DNA of 64,000 bases from positions 4,092,001-4,156,000 of the forward strand of contig JBHGNT010000009.1 in NCBI GenBank assembly GCA_043228905.1, written 5' to 3'. Of the stretch, positions 49,998-64,000 are shown piece after piece (the first letter of the stretch is position 1; the number at the start of each line of letters is the position of its first letter). Source of the stretch: Azolla caroliniana (taxonomy: Eukaryota > Plantae > Polypodiophyta). The notes beneath the pieces were generated by a model that was not told the DNA's origin, made no database searches, and saw nothing but the letters and a program-made list of their open reading frames with translations. The translations under genes were made by a program, and so were the position numbers.

Positions 49998-51996
49998 CTG
50001 TAAGACTATGGGCTGAGATAGTTTACCTTGGAACAGGTTTGACATTACGATGTGAGCTAGTTTAAAAGTATGTGACCTGTTTAAATTGGTAGAGGTGTTT
50101 TGTATAGAATGGAGTGTCAGCACCAGACATCAACAAACAGTTGCAATGGTTTGAATTTGTATATATGTGCACCATGAAACTGTTTAAATAGCATGCGACA
50201 CAAGCCTGAACGTGATTTACACTAAAGGTCAGTGTACAGATGATTTAAAGGTTGTATCTCTTGTTTGAGATCATCTCAATCAAACACGTAACATTACGTG
50301 TGAGGTGGAATATACAAAGAATCTTAGAGTTCTTTGTGAAATCCAAGAGAAGATTGAAGGTGTGAATGCTGAATACTAGAAGAATTTGAAGGCCGAATAA
50401 GCAATGACATTAGCTCAATGGCAAATTGAAGAGAGATGGGTCAAAACAAATATTTCTTTCAGATCAAAGATTCAGAAATAGCCAATCTATTCTATGTTAA
50501 GATACTGCCATGTTCATATAAACAACTCTGGTTTTTCCTGTACGAAGAAACCATCATATTGAAATTGAGAAAGGAAATGTTCTTATTAGAGTATATATTT
50601 GGAGTTCAAATAAATGTGGAGTCATTTCTGATGCAGAGAAAACGACAAGAATGACAGCATTGTATGATAATATGACAAATAGGATGGGTTTACGAGCCCA
50701 GGAGTATGATTATTTTTAGCCATGTTGAACGTCCACCTTCAATAGATGTAGCGTTTCATGATGTGCAACCACAAGCATCAAATCAATGAAGCGAAAAAAT
50801 GGAATAATGGAGCTTAAAAATGAGAAACATTATGTTAATATATTATCACTGTAACTGGTGCATTGACATCATAACAGATTGTGTCATAGGGGATCATCAC
50901 AATTATCGTCCTCAGGCATTGAAGACCCATGATGTGCATGGGGTAATCCCTTGAAATGATCTATTTATGTGTAATGGTTTACTTTTTGTTGAAAACTCAG
51001 CATGTACATAGCAATATACTTTTGAGTTGATCTATTTATGTGATTAAAGAGGTCTTTATTCTTACACATGTACTCTCTTGATAATGTTTTCACTATAAAA
51101 AAGACGAGTTCTGTTGTGGTCTGTATACGTTTTATTTGTATATATAAAAGATGCCATCATATTGATAACCCATTAGCTAGGCAGTCAGGACTTTCTTCAT
51201 GTAAGAATGACAGTAGGATGTTAGTTTTAAGTGTAGCAAGAATCAGTGGACACCTCACTGAATTTGGGCAGTAAAATTGCATAAATGAAAGAATGATTTT
51301 ATAATTTTCTTCTGATCTCCAGTGAATGGTGGATGAGCATGAAGAAGTTTGGATTCATAATTAATATTTTCTTATTTGCAATTGTGCAAGCCATGTAGCT
51401 GTTCTGATGTGAAATTTGGGGTTTAGGGTTTAGGTAGTATGACCACCTTCATTGAATAGTTTTCAAAGAGTCAGTGCAACTCTTGATAATGCTTGAAGAT
51501 TACACCCAAAAGTGAGAACATTGGGAATACAAATAATTACTTTAAAGTTCAGACTCCAGAGCATTGGATAAAAGCAATCACTTCGTGAAAAAATGTGTAA
51601 ACTTTGATAACTTAAAAAGAACCTTGGTAATCTCTATAACCTGCAAATAGTATGTAAAGAAGTTAGTAGTAGATAGAATCAAAGTGTTGATGGCCCAAAT
51701 CTATTAAAATGTATGCACACAAGATGACCAGGCATAGATCTAGATAGAGGTAGTTCTTGAATGATTTCCAAGCAATAGACTATGGAAAATAGAACACAAC
51801 AGAATTGAATGATTGAACTAAACAATTTCTGTAGAGGTATTTCTTGAATGATTTCCAAGCAACAGAATCAAATGATGATTTCCAAGGGATAGACTAAGAA
51901 AAATATAGTGTGCAACAGAATTGAGATGACTTGAATGAATGAATCGAACAAATTCCAAGGAGCAGACTAAGACTAAGAAACGGTGCTTCAAGCTTC

Positions 51997-53592
51997 TCAA
52001 AAGAGGATATAATGGAATTGTCTCAATCGAATGGATATATAATAATATATATATATATATATAATGGTATTTTGCTCTGTGCTCGAAATACCTTCGGATT
52101 TCCTTTGTTTCCGAAATGCCCCTAACCTTTTCGTTATTTTCACATATGGCCTACCTGAGAAAAACTGGGGAAGTCTTACCGTTCTTATTTCTGCTACGAT
52201 TTTGGACATGAGTGTGAGCGCGAAGATGACCAACGCAGCAAGAAACGCGAGGAAGAATATCATCCATTTACAGTTACAGAATCTCTGCATTTTCTTCGCT
52301 TTTTCCTGATTCTTACTCTGCGTCTTGTTCTTCTTCTTCTTCGTCATCATCATCTTCTTTGCTAGCTCTGATAAATTATCATTATTATTGTGACTCCTAT
52401 TGTTTCTTTCACATGCCGTTTCTGCAGTTTCTGGCATGGAAAGCTCAACCAAGTAATTCTTCTCGATGTCATTCAACTCGGCAGAATTATTTATAATTTG
52501 ATTGCCTTGCGAATCCATGATATTCTCACACATCTGTGCGAATATCTCTCTCAGGTTTGACAGCTTGTTATCCATCCTCTTCATTGATGCATATCTCTCT
52601 CTCGCCTCTTTCAGAGATTGAGCTATTTTGAACTGTACAATAGCTGCGTCATAATCACATTCTTCTTCTTCTTCTTCTTTTTCATTTGGCATATGTAAGA
52701 CAACATCTTCTTCTAGATGATCTTCATGTCTTGCTTTTGATTCTGTGCTAATTCGGATTGAATATCGCTCTTCAATATTAGTATTAATGGGAGCCCGATC
52801 TGATCTGAGCATAAAAAAATCCTCGCTTTCTCCTGTTTCCATCATCTTCTCAAGCCTTTCGTCGCTCACTGTTTCACCTTTCAAAACATAAATAATCCTT
52901 CTCAAATCTGCTGTTTGAATCTGTTTGATTCTTTCTTGCAGAGAAAAAAGAACCGCTGAGGAACTATAGAGTTCTTGCCTTAAACGGTTCGTAACAAAAA
53001 CTCTAACCCTATCCACCGAGCTTCCTTTCTCACATCCTTCTATCTTACGATGTGCTTCGTTTTCCTCTTCCATTGCATCTAAACCGAGCTTTATGCATAA
53101 TGCTTGGGAAATAACATCGGACATGTCTAAATCTATGATCTTGCTCAGAGATTCGCTGTATAAGCTCGAAAGCTTTATTTGTCTTGCTTGGATACCTTTG
53201 AGGTCATGTCGGAGTGCTTTTGTTTTGTATTTAATGGCTTTTACACGAAGAAAGAAAGGTGAGAATTTCTTATCAGTGTCGTTGGTACTATTCAGACTCA
53301 GAAAGGTGTCTAAATCACTTGACGATAATGTAGGATCTATAGAGATGAGAGGTTTTTGGCTTCCTGGGGATGGATAATCATTACTCTTTATTGATAAAGA
53401 AGGAGAGAGAAGCATAGGAGGTCTAGTCTGCGATTGATTAGAATAGTTGAGAGGTAAACTTCTCGTTACTTGAGGTAGAAAGGCGATATTACTCTTTTTC
53501 ATGAAAGAAGGTGAGATCGGAAGCGATGGAGATAGAAGCACAATGGAGTCTCGTGGATTCTGTGACTGTTCTTCAAGGTCTACTTCCATCAT
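51997..53592 (-). CDS. Highly divergent SYP1-type syntaxin (Qa-SNARE)-like protein; 3' end uncertain (possible splice donor at 52179)
   Basis: Habc motif GSSVDRVR, ETGESEDF, SNARE-like ERYASMKRMD..SQG..LNDIEKN, basic stretch, then TM WMIFFLAFLAALVIFALTLM. Confidence 0.72.
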   Translation of the reverse strand: MMEVDLEEQSQNPRDSIVLLSPSLPISPSFMKKSNIAFLPQVTRSLPLNYSNQSQTRPPMLLSPSLSIKSNDYPSPGSQKPLISIDPTLSSSDLDTFLSLNSTNDTDKKFSPFFLRVKAIKYKTKALRHDLKGIQARQIKLSSLYSESLSKIIDLDMSDVISQALCIKLGLDAMEEENEAHRKIEGCEKGSSVDRVRVFVTNRLRQELYSSSAVLFSLQERIKQIQTADLRRIIYVLKGETVSDERLEKMMETGESEDFFMLRSDRAPINTNIEERYSIRISTESKARHEDHLEEDVVLHMPNEKEEEEEECDYDAAIVQFKIAQSLKEARERYASMKRMDNKLSNLREIFAQMCENIMDSQGNQIINNSAELNDIEKNYLVELSMPETAETACERNNRSHNNNDNLSELAKKMMMTKKKKNKTQSKNQEKAKKMQRFCNCKWMIFFLAFLAALVIFALTLMSKIVAEIRTVRLPQFFSGRPYVKITKRLGAFRKQRKSEGISSTEQNTIIYIYIYYYISIRLRQFHYILF

Positions 53593-53705
53593 GGCTTCTT
53601 TTCTATGGAAATAAAATACACAGATTTCTTTGTTCGATGGCAAAATGCTTTGTAAAATTGTAGCGATGGTGCCTTTGGCTCTTCTTAATGCCAGAAAGCT
53701 CTGAT

Positions 53706-54116
53706 TGCGATGTTGTCCTTGCTTCTTGTTGATGACAAAAACTTTTGTCGCGCTTTTTTTCTTTTGGACTCAAGATTCTTGTTGAATAATATTTTTTTTT
53801 TGCAGATGTCAATTTATTTGGGAATGAAAGTTCTTGGTGAATGATAGAAATCTTTGCACAGATCACTAATGTTTTTGGAGACTGATTAGAATCTCAGATC
53901 ATGGTGATCATGCGATGTTGTCCTTGCTTCTTGTTGATGACAGAAACTTTTGTGGTGATTGTTGTCTTTAGGACTCAAGATTCTTGTTGAATAACAGAAA
54001 TTTTTGCAGATGTCAATTTATTTGGGAATGAAAGTTCTTGGTGAATGATAGAAATCTTTGCACAGATCACTAATGTTTTTGGAGACTGATTAGAATCTCA
54101 GATCATGGTGATCATG
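53706..54116. repeat. About 205-bp tandem duplication upstream of the divergent syntaxin
   Basis: TGCGATGTTGTCCTTGCTTCTTG...GATCATGGTGATCATG occurs at 53706 and at 53911. Confidence 0.9.
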
Positions 54117-56675
54117 GTCCTTGCTTTGGTCTCTTGATGTAGACTAATTTGAAGAGATGGTATTGTTCACTCGCTGAAAAAATAAATTATATCTGAGCGA
54201 AAGGTCTCAAAGAAAAGAAAATGTCTCCACGCCTCAAGACATTTTCAGATGTCTTTGCAGATATCACTAATGTTTTTTGAGAGTAAGATGAGTGATTGGA
54301 AGTCAAAAGCCTTGCCCTCTGGAATTAATTGAATCACAGAAATTCTTCTGAATTCCGAGAGGGAGACAAGAATTTCTTTCTGAATTACAAATAAGTAGAA
54401 ATTTCTGTCTGAGTGAGAGAAATGTTTTCTGCACTGTAAGAAATCTTTGCAGGTATGGCTTTCTACTGGAATCTCAGTGATGATTATAATCGTTATGAAG
54501 AACAAAGACTAGAAGGCTTACTAACAACTGTTGAATGGTAGGAATTGGAAGAGATGGCTTTGTTGGTTTGCTTGGAAATCATGGCTAAAAAACTGGAATT
54601 CACAACAAGAGGGATGATTTGCTGAGTGAGCTTGATGACTCCTTAGCCTTTTTAAGTTTTTAAGAATCTAAACACAAGTAGTTTTGGTTTCTCTGTTTTA
54701 AGGACTAGAAATGGAAAAGTTGCTAGTTTTGTTGAGCACTAGAAATCTAAAAACTTGAATAATTTTGTTAAGAACTAGAAAGATAAACACTTATTGCTTT
54801 TGTTAAGGACTAGGAATTTAAGACCTTGATGGTTTTGACCTCTTTGTAATAGGATGAGAATTCTAAGGCTAATGTTTTCTGTTCCTATTGTTTCTTTGTT
54901 TCTAAGGCTAATAGGAACTTTCAAATTTCTAGTCTTGTTTTCTGAACTGAAGCTAGAAGAGTTTGCTTCTTTGTTTCTAAACTACAATTGTTCTGATGTT
55001 TTCTTGTTAAGGGCTACAAACAAAGCTTGAGTTAATAGGTTTGTTTTTTGTTTCGAAGAACCATAAATCTAAAAATAATAGGAATTTAAAAGATATGTAA
55101 ACAGACAATGCCAGCATCATGGAAAATGAATGGAAATTTGATTAGTTTGCCCAATAAAAAAATTGAGAATAGTGAATTTAGGCTATGTATGGACTCATCA
55201 TAAAGAATTAGTGCATAATGTTGAAGAATATTAGATCCACTCATGCTATCATCATGAAGAAAAGCATCCACACATTCAGGGTCATTTTTATTATTATCTA
55301 CGAGAGCTTTGTAATGCCATTTGCCATATGCCCCCTTTTTCTTTATTTGACTCCTGTATGACTATTTCCTTAGACAAAACCTTCATACACTTTTTTAATA
55401 CGATTAACCTCATCCCCAACAAGCAATTGATTCTTAACATCAGCAATTTGCATTCTGATAAGCCATGAACCACTGAGTGTTTTTGTCCTCTGCTTGAATA
55501 TTCCATATGTGAAAAAGAAAACACAATATAGATATGTGAATATGTGGGAAAGGTTTGGATTTTAGGGATGAGACAAAAGGTTGCTTTGATGATAATAAAG
55601 AATGGAAATTATTTTTATAACCTTCCATTCAAAGGAAATGAAGTCTTCGAAAAAATATTTGGATTTGGTCCAACCACAAATCCAATATGACATAATAAAC
55701 TTTACACAGGGTTACCAATGTCGAAAACATAAAATAAGAAGGAAAACATGTGTTTATCATGCTCAGTTTTATCAAAATTACAATGTGATATTGCAATGTG
55801 ATAGTACATCCTCAAAATCAATCTATTGCAATGTGATAGTTGTTGACTATTGATGATTGTATTATAGGTGAGCAACTGTGGTATTGTATTATATTAGATG
55901 TCCTATACCTAGATCCAAAGGTGTCATACAAGAATTCTACAATGACACCATTCTTCTTTCGTTCAAGTTGGTAATATAATGTATGAAATTCCTGTTCTTT
56001 TGCAATTGACTTGATACAATGGCCTACCCATAGTGTGTTTACAATTTTGTTTGTATGGATCCAAATGTCTGCAAGAAATTTTGCGGGGCATGCTTGTAAA
56101 GTGAAGTATGAAATTGCATTTTGTAATATTATTAATCAATTTCCAAAAAACATATGAGAACTCTATAAATTAGTATCATGCTTCTGTTGCATTATGGTAG
56201 ACCAATATGACATTGGCATATAATAAAGGCAGAGTAACTATTATATACATCTAGAGCTTGAGCTCTACATTCAATTTGGTAGTGGGCATGAATGGAATTT
56301 GAGGGTGGACCGGCAACCATGTGATAAGAAAGGGTGTAGGTCAACAAACGGACATGCAATTCCTTTAGGACAATGATGTAGATCATGTTGCGTCCTTTTT
56401 ATTGGTGCTTAATGGTTCATAAATTGATTTCAATTGATGTATAGCCAAAGAAATATGAATAGCTTTCCGTTAACCTGAAATAAACACACACAAAACTTTA
56501 GGAAAGCATACCTTGGTTCAAGAGAGCAAAAAGCAAATAAATAATACATAATGATCTCCAAAGATTGATTGTTATTAACACAAAATATGATATATGTTAT
56601 TATGACAGACAGTAATGGAAAACCAATGTATGTATGTATGTATGTATACCGACGAAAGAACACACACTTCAAAGT

Positions 56676-57986
56676 TCAGCGGAGGAGGAGGAGGAGAAGA
56701 AGAATGAGACCGACGATGACAAGGAGAACCACGAGAGTTATTGCCACAGGTGCTGCGACCTTCGTGGCTATGGTGCTCTTCCTCTCTTCTTTCGCTCCTG
56801 CCGTCTCCCCCACAGATATCTTTATGAAAGACAAGGATTCCACCATGTTCTTCTCTATATCGCTCAGCTCTTCTCCCTGTAGATGAACAAGTTCTCCCAT
56901 CTGTAAGAATGTCTGCTTCAGTGCGATCAGGTTCTCTTCGAGCTTCTTCATCGATCCATATCTCTGATGTATCTCTTCCATAAAATCTGATTTGAGCTGT
57001 GCATTCTCTTCCTCTTGCAGGTACGACAACTCGCTAGCTTGCTCTAGTAAGAGTCTTTCATTATATGATTGATTTGTGTTAGGACTTTTCTGTATATTTC
57101 TTTCTTCTTTCACGTATTTCGTGCTTTCCTGATGGTCTTTAATCTGTATCGTTTCGTGCAATTGTGGTTCTGATCTTTCATATTCATGACTATTTAAAAC
57201 CTTGGTCTTTTGATTATTCTCTTCCTGTTTATCTGTTTTATTTCTCTGATCTTTTTCAATGTTACACAAACCTTGCTCTCTAATGGCTTTTCTAATCAGT
57301 TCGTGGCCTTCTCCTGAGTCTATCATCTTTTCCAACTCCTCATCGCTTACAGCAATTTCTCCTTTGAATATATATAACATTCTTCTCAGGTCTGATTTCT
57401 CACTCTCTCTCATCATTTCTTGCAGAGATGAAAGATCCGCTATGAAACCTCTGAGGTCTTCTCTAAGTTTATTTGTAATAAATAGTCTCATTCTATCTGT
57501 AGAGCTTCCTTTCTGATATATATTTCCACCTAACTTTCGATTATCCTCATTGTCTTGTTCGAGTGTATCAAGACTGAGCTTTATACGTAGCGCCTGTGAA
57601 ACAAGATCTGATATGTCCAGATCCATAACATTGCTCAGAGATTTCGTGTACTTCCTTGACAGCTTTTCCTGTTTTGATCTCAGACCTTTAAGTATATCTC
57701 GCAGAGCTTGAATATTGGACTGGATTTCTTTCACTCCCGAAAAGAAAATTGAGAGATTTTGTTCAGCTTCATTAATAATATTTGAGCTTTCCTGATTCCC
57801 ATGGCCAAAATCTTCCAGATCGCTTGAAAAAGATGTTAGCACGGGGGAGAATCCAGGAACCAGAAGCGGTCTCATCAGCTGAGAATGATCAGAATTGTCA
57901 CTCTCCATTGAGCTAATGGATGGAAAGAGATCAAGATGAGGGGGAGAAGAACTAAGCTTCTGTAGCTGAGCTTTGAGGTCATTCAT
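56676..57986 (-). CDS. Intronless SYP1-type syntaxin (Qa-SNARE) with expanded linker, 436 aa
   Basis: MNDL N-peptide, GSSTDRMR, IRKAIREQG, SNARE motif EIHQRY..KKLEENL..LKQTFLQMGELVHLQGEELSDIEKN, C-terminal TM anchor. Confidence 0.88.
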   Translation of the reverse strand: MNDLKAQLQKLSSSPPHLDLFPSISSMESDNSDHSQLMRPLLVPGFSPVLTSFSSDLEDFGHGNQESSNIINEAEQNLSIFFSGVKEIQSNIQALRDILKGLRSKQEKLSRKYTKSLSNVMDLDISDLVSQALRIKLSLDTLEQDNEDNRKLGGNIYQKGSSTDRMRLFITNKLREDLRGFIADLSSLQEMMRESEKSDLRRMLYIFKGEIAVSDEELEKMIDSGEGHELIRKAIREQGLCNIEKDQRNKTDKQEENNQKTKVLNSHEYERSEPQLHETIQIKDHQESTKYVKEERNIQKSPNTNQSYNERLLLEQASELSYLQEEENAQLKSDFMEEIHQRYGSMKKLEENLIALKQTFLQMGELVHLQGEELSDIEKNMVESLSFIKISVGETAGAKEERKSTIATKVAAPVAITLVVLLVIVGLILLLLLLLR

Positions 57987-58679
57987 GGTGAATTGTAAGC
58001 TTGCTAATTCCTTTGAATACAGAGAAATCTTACCAGAGATATTGTATGATTTAATTTGTGATTAATGTTTGGAAAATTCGAAGATGGAAACAGCAATAAT
58101 GGTGGTGAATGTTCAGCTTGTTCTCTTCTCTAGATGTGATGATGCATGTAAAGAGTAGCTAAATCGAATCAAGTCTATTTGAAATCCTGAAATTGTTGAA
58201 ATCCAGAAATGTCCTTCACAATCCAGAAATCGAAGAGGTTATGGGTAACATCTTGTTAACTTGAATGTCAAGATGAAATTTCTTATGAGAGAAAGAGACA
58301 CAGAGAAAAAGACCTTGAAAATTCTCTCAAGGACATAATTGTTAGGATTCTAAAATATGAAAACTTCTTTCAAGTATTACAGCCAATAATGAAATGTTCC
58401 AACGTGCATTCACGATCCCATCACCTTGCCATGACGGTGCATACATTAATCTGCCATAAATTATGGATGGTTAATTTTATGTAATAACAGAATCTTCTTA
58501 TAAAAATCAACAATTATTCGTTTAATCTCTCTCATACATGTTCTCTCCACTCTGCTAAAACTCTCTCCCCTCATCCCGTATTGATGGAAATGGGGATAAA
58601 AAAAACATTTAAGGATCATATCAAACAAATGCATTGTCATCCGTCCCATCCTCTCTTATGATTTATAATATTAGTAAGT

Positions 58680-58862
58680 GTTTGTTTACTCTTTCTTGTC
58701 TAGATAAAAGGCTCAAGTTTTTTCTAGTACCAATGCTGAGATGAAAACCAATCAAGACTGGCTAGTTTTCTATTGTTTACTCTTTATTGTCTAGATAAAA
58801 GGCCCAAGTTTTTGCTAGTACCAATGCTGAGATGAAAACAAATAAAATCTGGCTAGTTTTCC
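58680..58862. repeat. About 92-bp tandem duplication
   Basis: TGTTTACTCTTT..GTCTAGATAAAAGG..CTAGTACCAATGCTGAGATGAAAAC..CTGGCTAGTTTTC occurs twice. Confidence 0.85.
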
Positions 58863-61167
58863 TTTACTGTCATTTTCTTCACACGTTCGTGATCAGTTTT
58901 CATCTGTATCGCATACTTTTTTGAAGCATTCCCAGCTAGTTTTTACTCTGCAACTAGTTTTTCACTGTAGATTTGTGTAAAAACCAGATACTGCACGAAT
59001 GTGGACACTGCATATGGTGCAAACCTGAATTAAAACAAGTGTTTTAGAAATTCGCAAGTGTCTCCCTTTCCATTGCTTTGCAGGTTGCCCCCCATTTTTC
59101 TAATATTTCAGAAAGTCCATCAGTTATGGAAACTGGAGGTGATATATGTGGAAATTAAAACAAAGGCAAAGCTTTGTTTCCCATTATATTAGCAAACACC
59201 TTGTTACAACAAGTAATGATTTCACAAAAACAAGAATGTAGCATATATACTATTATTTTGCTCTCAAAAATCATTTCCTTGTGAACATCTTATATATATA
59301 GGACAGAAATTATTACCCACATCTGTATCTCCAATCCTTTCTTCTGAACATATTATATAGGACAGAAAATAGTAGCCACATCTGTAATGTTGATCCAAAT
59401 CTATGAAAACATCTGCATCAGATGATGCAATACAAGCATTAATAAAAGTGTATGAACAACAAAAATAATTAACCTTAATGAACTATACATATTACACCTG
59501 CACTGAACAACAGAAGCTTTTGGACTTCATTGTAGCCATGTTTCTTTGACAGTGAAAAGATGGAGACAAAAGGTGAAATCTTGAAATTGTCAAAAATTAG
59601 TGAAATCGTTAGGCCATCACAATCGGAACACTCTTTGAGAATCTTTGAGAATTCACAATAGGGAACTCTCTTCAACAATTCACTGATCGGCTAAGGAACC
59701 ATCAGATAAATTTATTTGTATCTCATTTCCTAAAAACTTTATATGTAGTTAACACATGCAAAGCCATGATTAAGCATGCAAATCACTTGAAATTGGAGTA
59801 CCAAAACACCAGATATGTGTATCGGATTGTTACCGTGCAAATAATTGGAATTAGAGAAATCAAGCAACTGAAATAGATATAGATTTTGTAGGGCAAAGAA
59901 CCAATTATATATTATATTATACAAATAAAACAAGGCGTGATAAAAAACATTTAAGAAATTCACTCTTCATATAGGCATCCATTTGGAAAGGAAGACCAAT
60001 CAACCTCAAGCAAAAACATCCTTTTATGCTCAAGCCTGCAAAGCAGATCAATAAAGTAGGGCTTGGTTACTATCCTTAATGCATATGATCTATACAATCT
60101 ATACACTACTCTCCTTTATTTGAGATAAATAAAACACAGATCAAGAAGAGATATGAAGTCACTAACTAACCTTGCTAGCAATGTTGCTAGCAAGCCAGTC
60201 CAATCCCTCTGAAAGGCCCTTCTCCAGTAGTGGCAGAAGTGCTCCAAAATAGAAGAAACAATATTCCTCCAAAATGTAAGAAAATATCATGTAAGAAGAT
60301 ATTGAAAACCATACCAATGATGCTGACAAAGTAAGACGTATTCCGCAGCTCATCCTGCAAAATGCCAAAAATCAATGAAATATTAGAACAAGTTCACGTA
60401 AACTTTTGCATGTAATATATATAAGTACTGAAGATCAAGTTTAAGTTTCAAGATATTAAAAACAATAACAATGATGCTGACAAAGTAAAACAGATTCCGC
60501 AGCTCATCCTTCGAAATGCCAAAATTCAATGAAATATTAGAACAAGTTACGTAAACGTTTGCATGTAATATATATAAGTACTGAAGATCAATTCATATAT
60601 GTCACAACTCAACAATTAAGAAAGTCTAACTTGGATATCAGTAAATAAGGTACTAGACATCATTAAGCATCCTGTGAAGTTCGTCACGGGCTCATGATCA
60701 TTGCTATCAACAACAAAGATGAGACCCTGTGCGTTTTGGAAGTAATGCCTCTCACAACGGTTGGATCTGAACCAATTTCAAGATTTTCAATTATAAAACA
60801 GAATGGCAGAATTCTTTACGCAGACAAAAAGTTTGAAAACCGAGAATTTTGCAATCTTACCTTCCCTTGACCTCCAACATCCCAGACAGTGAAGCTGATA
60901 TTCTTAATCACAACTGACTGCACGTGAAAGCCTACGATCAGACAGAAGGTTAAGTAGATTAGACTTATTCATTACAAATTTAAAAAGTCCAAATACTACA
61001 GCAATTATGGTAAGACACAGCACTTTCCATAAAATGCAAAATAAACACGTTTACTGGCGTTGAAGCTAATACTTATGCAAGTATTACAAAAATTACTATT
61101 GTTAATTATGGTTAGGAATCACGATGCTAAGCGGCATGTGACCATTTTTATGACAAGTATCCATTAA

Positions 61168-62075
<908 letters not shown>

Positions 62076-62323
62076 TGCATGCTAAAAGAGTAGAATCTGC
62101 CATGATAATAATAGGTGAGAACCTTTCCTTGGTAAACCACATATGATATGCATCTCCTCCATGAATTCGTCGCTGAGATCAGGTTCATCCATCACATATA
62201 ATGTACTCTCACGAATATCATCCAGATATCAGTCGCACATGACCAGAAACTCTTGCTGCAATGCTCAGAAATATCTTCAAGAGATGAATAAGAGAGACAA
62301 TATTCAGATTTAACTGCTGAAAA

Positions 62324-62536
62324 TTTGATCAATGGTTTAAATTTAAATCATTCATCAATGCTTCAGAATCAAACCATGACTATGTTAGTATTTTTCATAG
62401 ATCCTTAAGCTAATGTCTTTAATTGATTCTTGATCAATGGTTTAAATTTAAATCATTCATCAATGCTTCAGAATCAAACCATGACTATATTAGTATTTTT
62501 CATAGATCCTTAAGCTAATGTCTTTAATTGATTCTT
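62324..62536. repeat. About 106-bp tandem duplication
   Basis: TTGATCAATGGTTTAAATTTAAATC...TTTAATTGATTCTT occurs twice. Confidence 0.9.
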
Positions 62537-63705
62537 CACAATCAAACTGTGAGTTATGCTAATATCTTTAACCAATCCTACATAATCAGATCACTGGTTA
62601 AGTTAATATCTTTAAATAATCCCTTCACGATGAAATCTTGAGCTAACCTAATACTTTCAAGTTTCAACAATCATTCACAACCAAACCACAGGTCTAACTA
62701 ATGTGATTTCATTTCCTCCCTGACGCCTTACTAAGATCAGTCTCCTCCCACTTTTGACTCAATATGATAATTCTCGGACAAAACTCCACTACCATATATC
62801 TTTCTTTTTCTTTCATTTGTTCACAAGTTCAAGCAGCATATCTCTTATTTACAACCAAAATCAAATTGTGTACAGCTTCTAAAGATCAGACTAATCCACG
62901 GTACAAATGCATCTCCTTTCACTTTGATTCTCTCTCACCCAAAACCTTCTTGAAAAATGAGAAATATAATGTGATCTAAACATTGAAACTTCGAAATCAA
63001 TTGAAGGATAACAGTTGTTACCGTACATGAATAACTTCTCAAAATCAACCTATTCCAAGTGCAATCCATCATCTTCTGCTAACATTCACATCCTAACCGT
63101 CTTAATAATGAGAGGGGACAAAATATAGATTCCAAAACATGTAGCAATCAAAATCAACCAAACAAACAGATATCTCTTTTGCCATAGAAAACTTGTGAAT
63201 CATTCAAAAATGATAAATTACCACACGAATCTCATTGAAAAAACGTAGCGAAAACTAGATTAATACATGAGAGATGCATCTCATCGACCTGCAATGTCAA
63301 CTTCTCAAAATAAGAATCAACGCAAGCAAAAAATGAAACCTTTAGAATCGAACAGCAGATCAACTCTACAAAAGAGAGCTAACCTCATGAACTCCATAAA
63401 AGAGACCTCACCGAATGCGGGGATGGTAGTAACGGACTTTCCGAGCTCAAGCTTAGGGAGAATGGTTGTCTTTGCAGCGGCGTCGAGGCCGGCCATAAAA
63501 GGACTCTCATCTTCTTCTTCGCGAGCAGTCAGTCTCTGGAAGAATTTTGAAAAGGTAAGTCCCATGGCTACGGCTTCTGGATCCTCTCCTCGTACTATAG
63601 CATGTTATGATGCGTAAGAATGGTGAAACCGAGAAAGCATACACTTGGCCGCCCGTTTCACCCAAACACACATACATACTACACCTTATATGTATGTATG
63701 CCTGC

Positions 63706-63712
63706 GTGTGTT

Positions 63713-63787
<75 letters not shown>
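63706..63787. repeat. (TG)n microsatellite
   Basis: Direct observation. Confidence 0.95.
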
Positions 63788-63789
<2 letters not shown>

Positions 63790-64000
63790 ATACAGATATA
63801 TAAATTTATACATATTTAAGTTATAGTCCCATAAGAGGTCCAACAAAACATCTCTTGTACTTCCCATTGTCGTATCGATCTAATAATAATAATAAAGGGT
63901 TCCTCGTCACACAAAAACATAAGCAAGCCTTTGATTAATTAATAATGCATTGAATGAACTATCGGTAGCTTAGTTCCGCTACAATATCTAAAACTTATTT

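Noticed and set aside
51416-51435. GGGTTTAGGGTTTAGG telomere-like motif
   Set aside because: Only about two units; not an interstitial telomeric array.

Overview
Eukaryotic land-plant nuclear DNA. A non-seed plant such as a fern is likely, inferred from the TE families and gene structures and not verified. Bases 1-20.9 kb are a nested retrotransposon stack built on a degenerate L1-type LINE. One branch is a Gypsy (A) inside the 3' LTR of a related Gypsy (B), itself just upstream of the 3' LTR of a copia-type element. The other branch is a very young intact Ty1/copia (A) inside an LTR-like remnant. Next come AT-rich DNA with a hAT MITE, a 3-exon class II trehalose-6-phosphate synthase gene, an intact U6 snRNA gene with USE and TATA, and a second young intact copia (B). 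The window ends with a 6-exon HAD hydrolase gene, two tandem divergent SYP1-type syntaxin genes and an intron-containing ARF pseudogene. The most unusual element is Gypsy B. It has a tRNA-Trp primer site, protease in ORF1 followed by a G-GAU-UUU -1 slippery site before RT, and an LTR carrying an antisense tRNA-like A/B-box cassette plus a cluster of five RY motifs. All alignments and counts were made by eye.
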